IMG/VR virus record: IMGVR_UViG_3300020037_002731
Coordinates: 1 to 64,000 of that record
Reading direction: 5' to 3' (one strand)
Origin: a virus
Lineage: Duplodnaviria > Caudoviricetes
Length of the DNA: 64,000 nt
The position numbers were made by a program, and so were the translations under genes. The notes under the pieces are model-generated. The model did not search any database, had not been told where the DNA came from, and saw only the letters and a list, made by a program, of their open reading frames with translations. Numbering within the stretch: the stretch's first letter is position 1; the number at the start of each line of letters is the position of its first letter. This document shows positions 62,922 through 64,000 of the stretch, piece after piece.

Positions 62922-63962
62922 TTAAGCATTAACAGTTATTCCTTGATAATCTCTAACAGCTTCTCTAAGTTCAGCCCTAAATTCATTGTTTTGAATATCA
63001 AGAATAAATTGAATACTTGTATCTTCATCTACTCCAATCTGTCTTCCTGGTTTACCATCAGGATTCATCCTGTAGTACTTACCATCAATCTTTCTGATAA
63101 TACCAGTATTCTTAGCTTGAATAAATTCATCTTGAGCAATGATTAAATCAGGTTGTGTTTTGTACTTATCTGCTACTTTTAGGAAAGCTTTTCTATTAGC
63201 TTCTGAAGTATCAATGTACTCAAACAAAGCTCCTTTAATTACTTTTTCAGAAGGGCTAGCACTCTTAATAATACCAAGGATATTACTAAATCTTTTCTTC
63301 ATTTCAAATGAACTAGCATTGTATTCTTCAAATGCTCTAAGTTTACTTTCTCCCTTTGTGAGTTTATTTTCAGCTTCCATTTCTACATCTTCAATATAGA
63401 AATTAGCTCCTCTGTATTCAGGTAAATTTTTCATACTTAATGTAGGAAGAACTTCATGAGTACCTTTTAAAATAAGGATTCTAAGTTCATCTTGTGGATT
63501 ATCTACATCAAATTTATTTTCTCCAGCTTTAAGTTTAACTCCATAAAATTTAAAAAATCTAGAATTTGGACTTAGTGATTTACTATAATAATCTTTTTCA
63601 ATATCTTCTTCTCCAATGGGTACATTATAATCTGGATCTGTACTTTGTATTCCAAGTTTTCTTTCCATTTCTTCCCATTTCCAAATCATCTCTGGCTCTT
63701 TGGGATCTTTAGGAATAAACTCTGGAACATTAGGAGTTTCTTTCTTATCTTTAAAATCTGGATTTTTTACAGCTTTGTACCTTTCATTAGGTACTTTGTA
63801 CAACATTCCTGTATCAAGCTTACCATTTCTCAAGTACACCCTTTTCTTATCAAAAGTTCCAGGTGCTCTTGTAATACCTAATTTTTCATAACCTTCAATT
63901 ACTGCTCCTACTTTTTGTCCTTCAAAAGGAGGAATTGTTTTAACCTTTACAATTTTAGTCAT
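62922..63962 (-). CDS. Conserved crAss-like protein normally directly downstream of the major capsid gene (gene-75-like)
   Basis: 346 aa; FD..NP.DEL, FYIED.E.E; synteny. Confidence 0.6.
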   Translation of the reverse strand: MTKIVKVKTIPPFEGQKVGAVIEGYEKLGITRAPGTFDKKRVYLRNGKLDTGMLYKVPNERYKAVKNPDFKDKKETPNVPEFIPKDPKEPEMIWKWEEMERKLGIQSTDPDYNVPIGEEDIEKDYYSKSLSPNSRFFKFYGVKLKAGENKFDVDNPQDELRILILKGTHEVLPTLSMKNLPEYRGANFYIEDVEMEAENKLTKGESKLRAFEEYNASSFEMKKRFSNILGIIKSASPSEKVIKGALFEYIDTSEANRKAFLKVADKYKTQPDLIIAQDEFIQAKNTGIIRKIDGKYYRMNPDGKPGRQIGVDEDTSIQFILDIQNNEFRAELREAVRDYQGITVNA

Positions 63963-64000
63963 TTGTCTTTATTTATCTTTATTTAATTATTTATCTAAAA

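Noticed and set aside
1-64000. Stop-codon reassignment as seen in some crAss-like phages
   Set aside because: Standard-code ORFs tile the window, including a 4068-aa ORF. The gene breaks I checked in the cargo region are TAA, and the tRNA-like element has a UUG anticodon, not a suppressor one.
1-64000. CRISPR array or diversity-generating retroelement
   Set aside because: No regularly spaced direct repeats and no reverse transcriptase seen. The duplicated fibre N-termini differ at synonymous sites of all kinds, not adenine-specifically.

Overview
Very AT-rich (roughly 28-30% GC by eye) 64-kb segment of a crAss-like (Crassvirales-related) tailed phage, most likely infecting a Bacteroidota host. 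The host call rests on TTTG-N20-TAnnTTTG promoters and A-rich, Shine-Dalgarno-less starts. The standard genetic code gives dense, long ORFs. The plus strand (about 93-14336) is a replication/nucleotide-metabolism block: family A DNA polymerase, dATP/dGTP diphosphohydrolase-like protein, nucleotidyltransferase-like protein, MazG-like pyrophosphatase, class II RNR, about 30 small ORFs and a degenerate tRNA-Gln-like RNA. The minus strand (63962 down to 14445) is the virion block in crAss order: post-capsid conserved genes, tail hub/fibre/spike genes, ring proteins, IHF-like protein, 1401-aa muzzle and cargo (ejection) proteins. The cargo set includes a 4068-aa virion RNA polymerase polyprotein (RxPTQ...DFDDD) fused to a zincin, an ASCH domain and a Dda-like SF1 helicase. 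Three free-standing GIY-YIG endonucleases are present. Capsid, portal and terminase genes are not in the window. The most unusual observations are: (i) one polyvalent-protein domain apparently spread over three cargo genes whose junctions carry a repeated pair of Cys-containing terminal motifs; (ii) a cargo protein built of modules delimited by (F/Y)xxGG motifs, one of which looks like an outer-membrane beta-barrel ending in a BAM beta-signal exactly at such a motif; (iii) near-total CpG avoidance with GTAC enrichment, which exposes a foreign island and a homing co-conversion tract. All family names are from motif recognition by eye, with no database searches, and all counts are approximate hand tallies.
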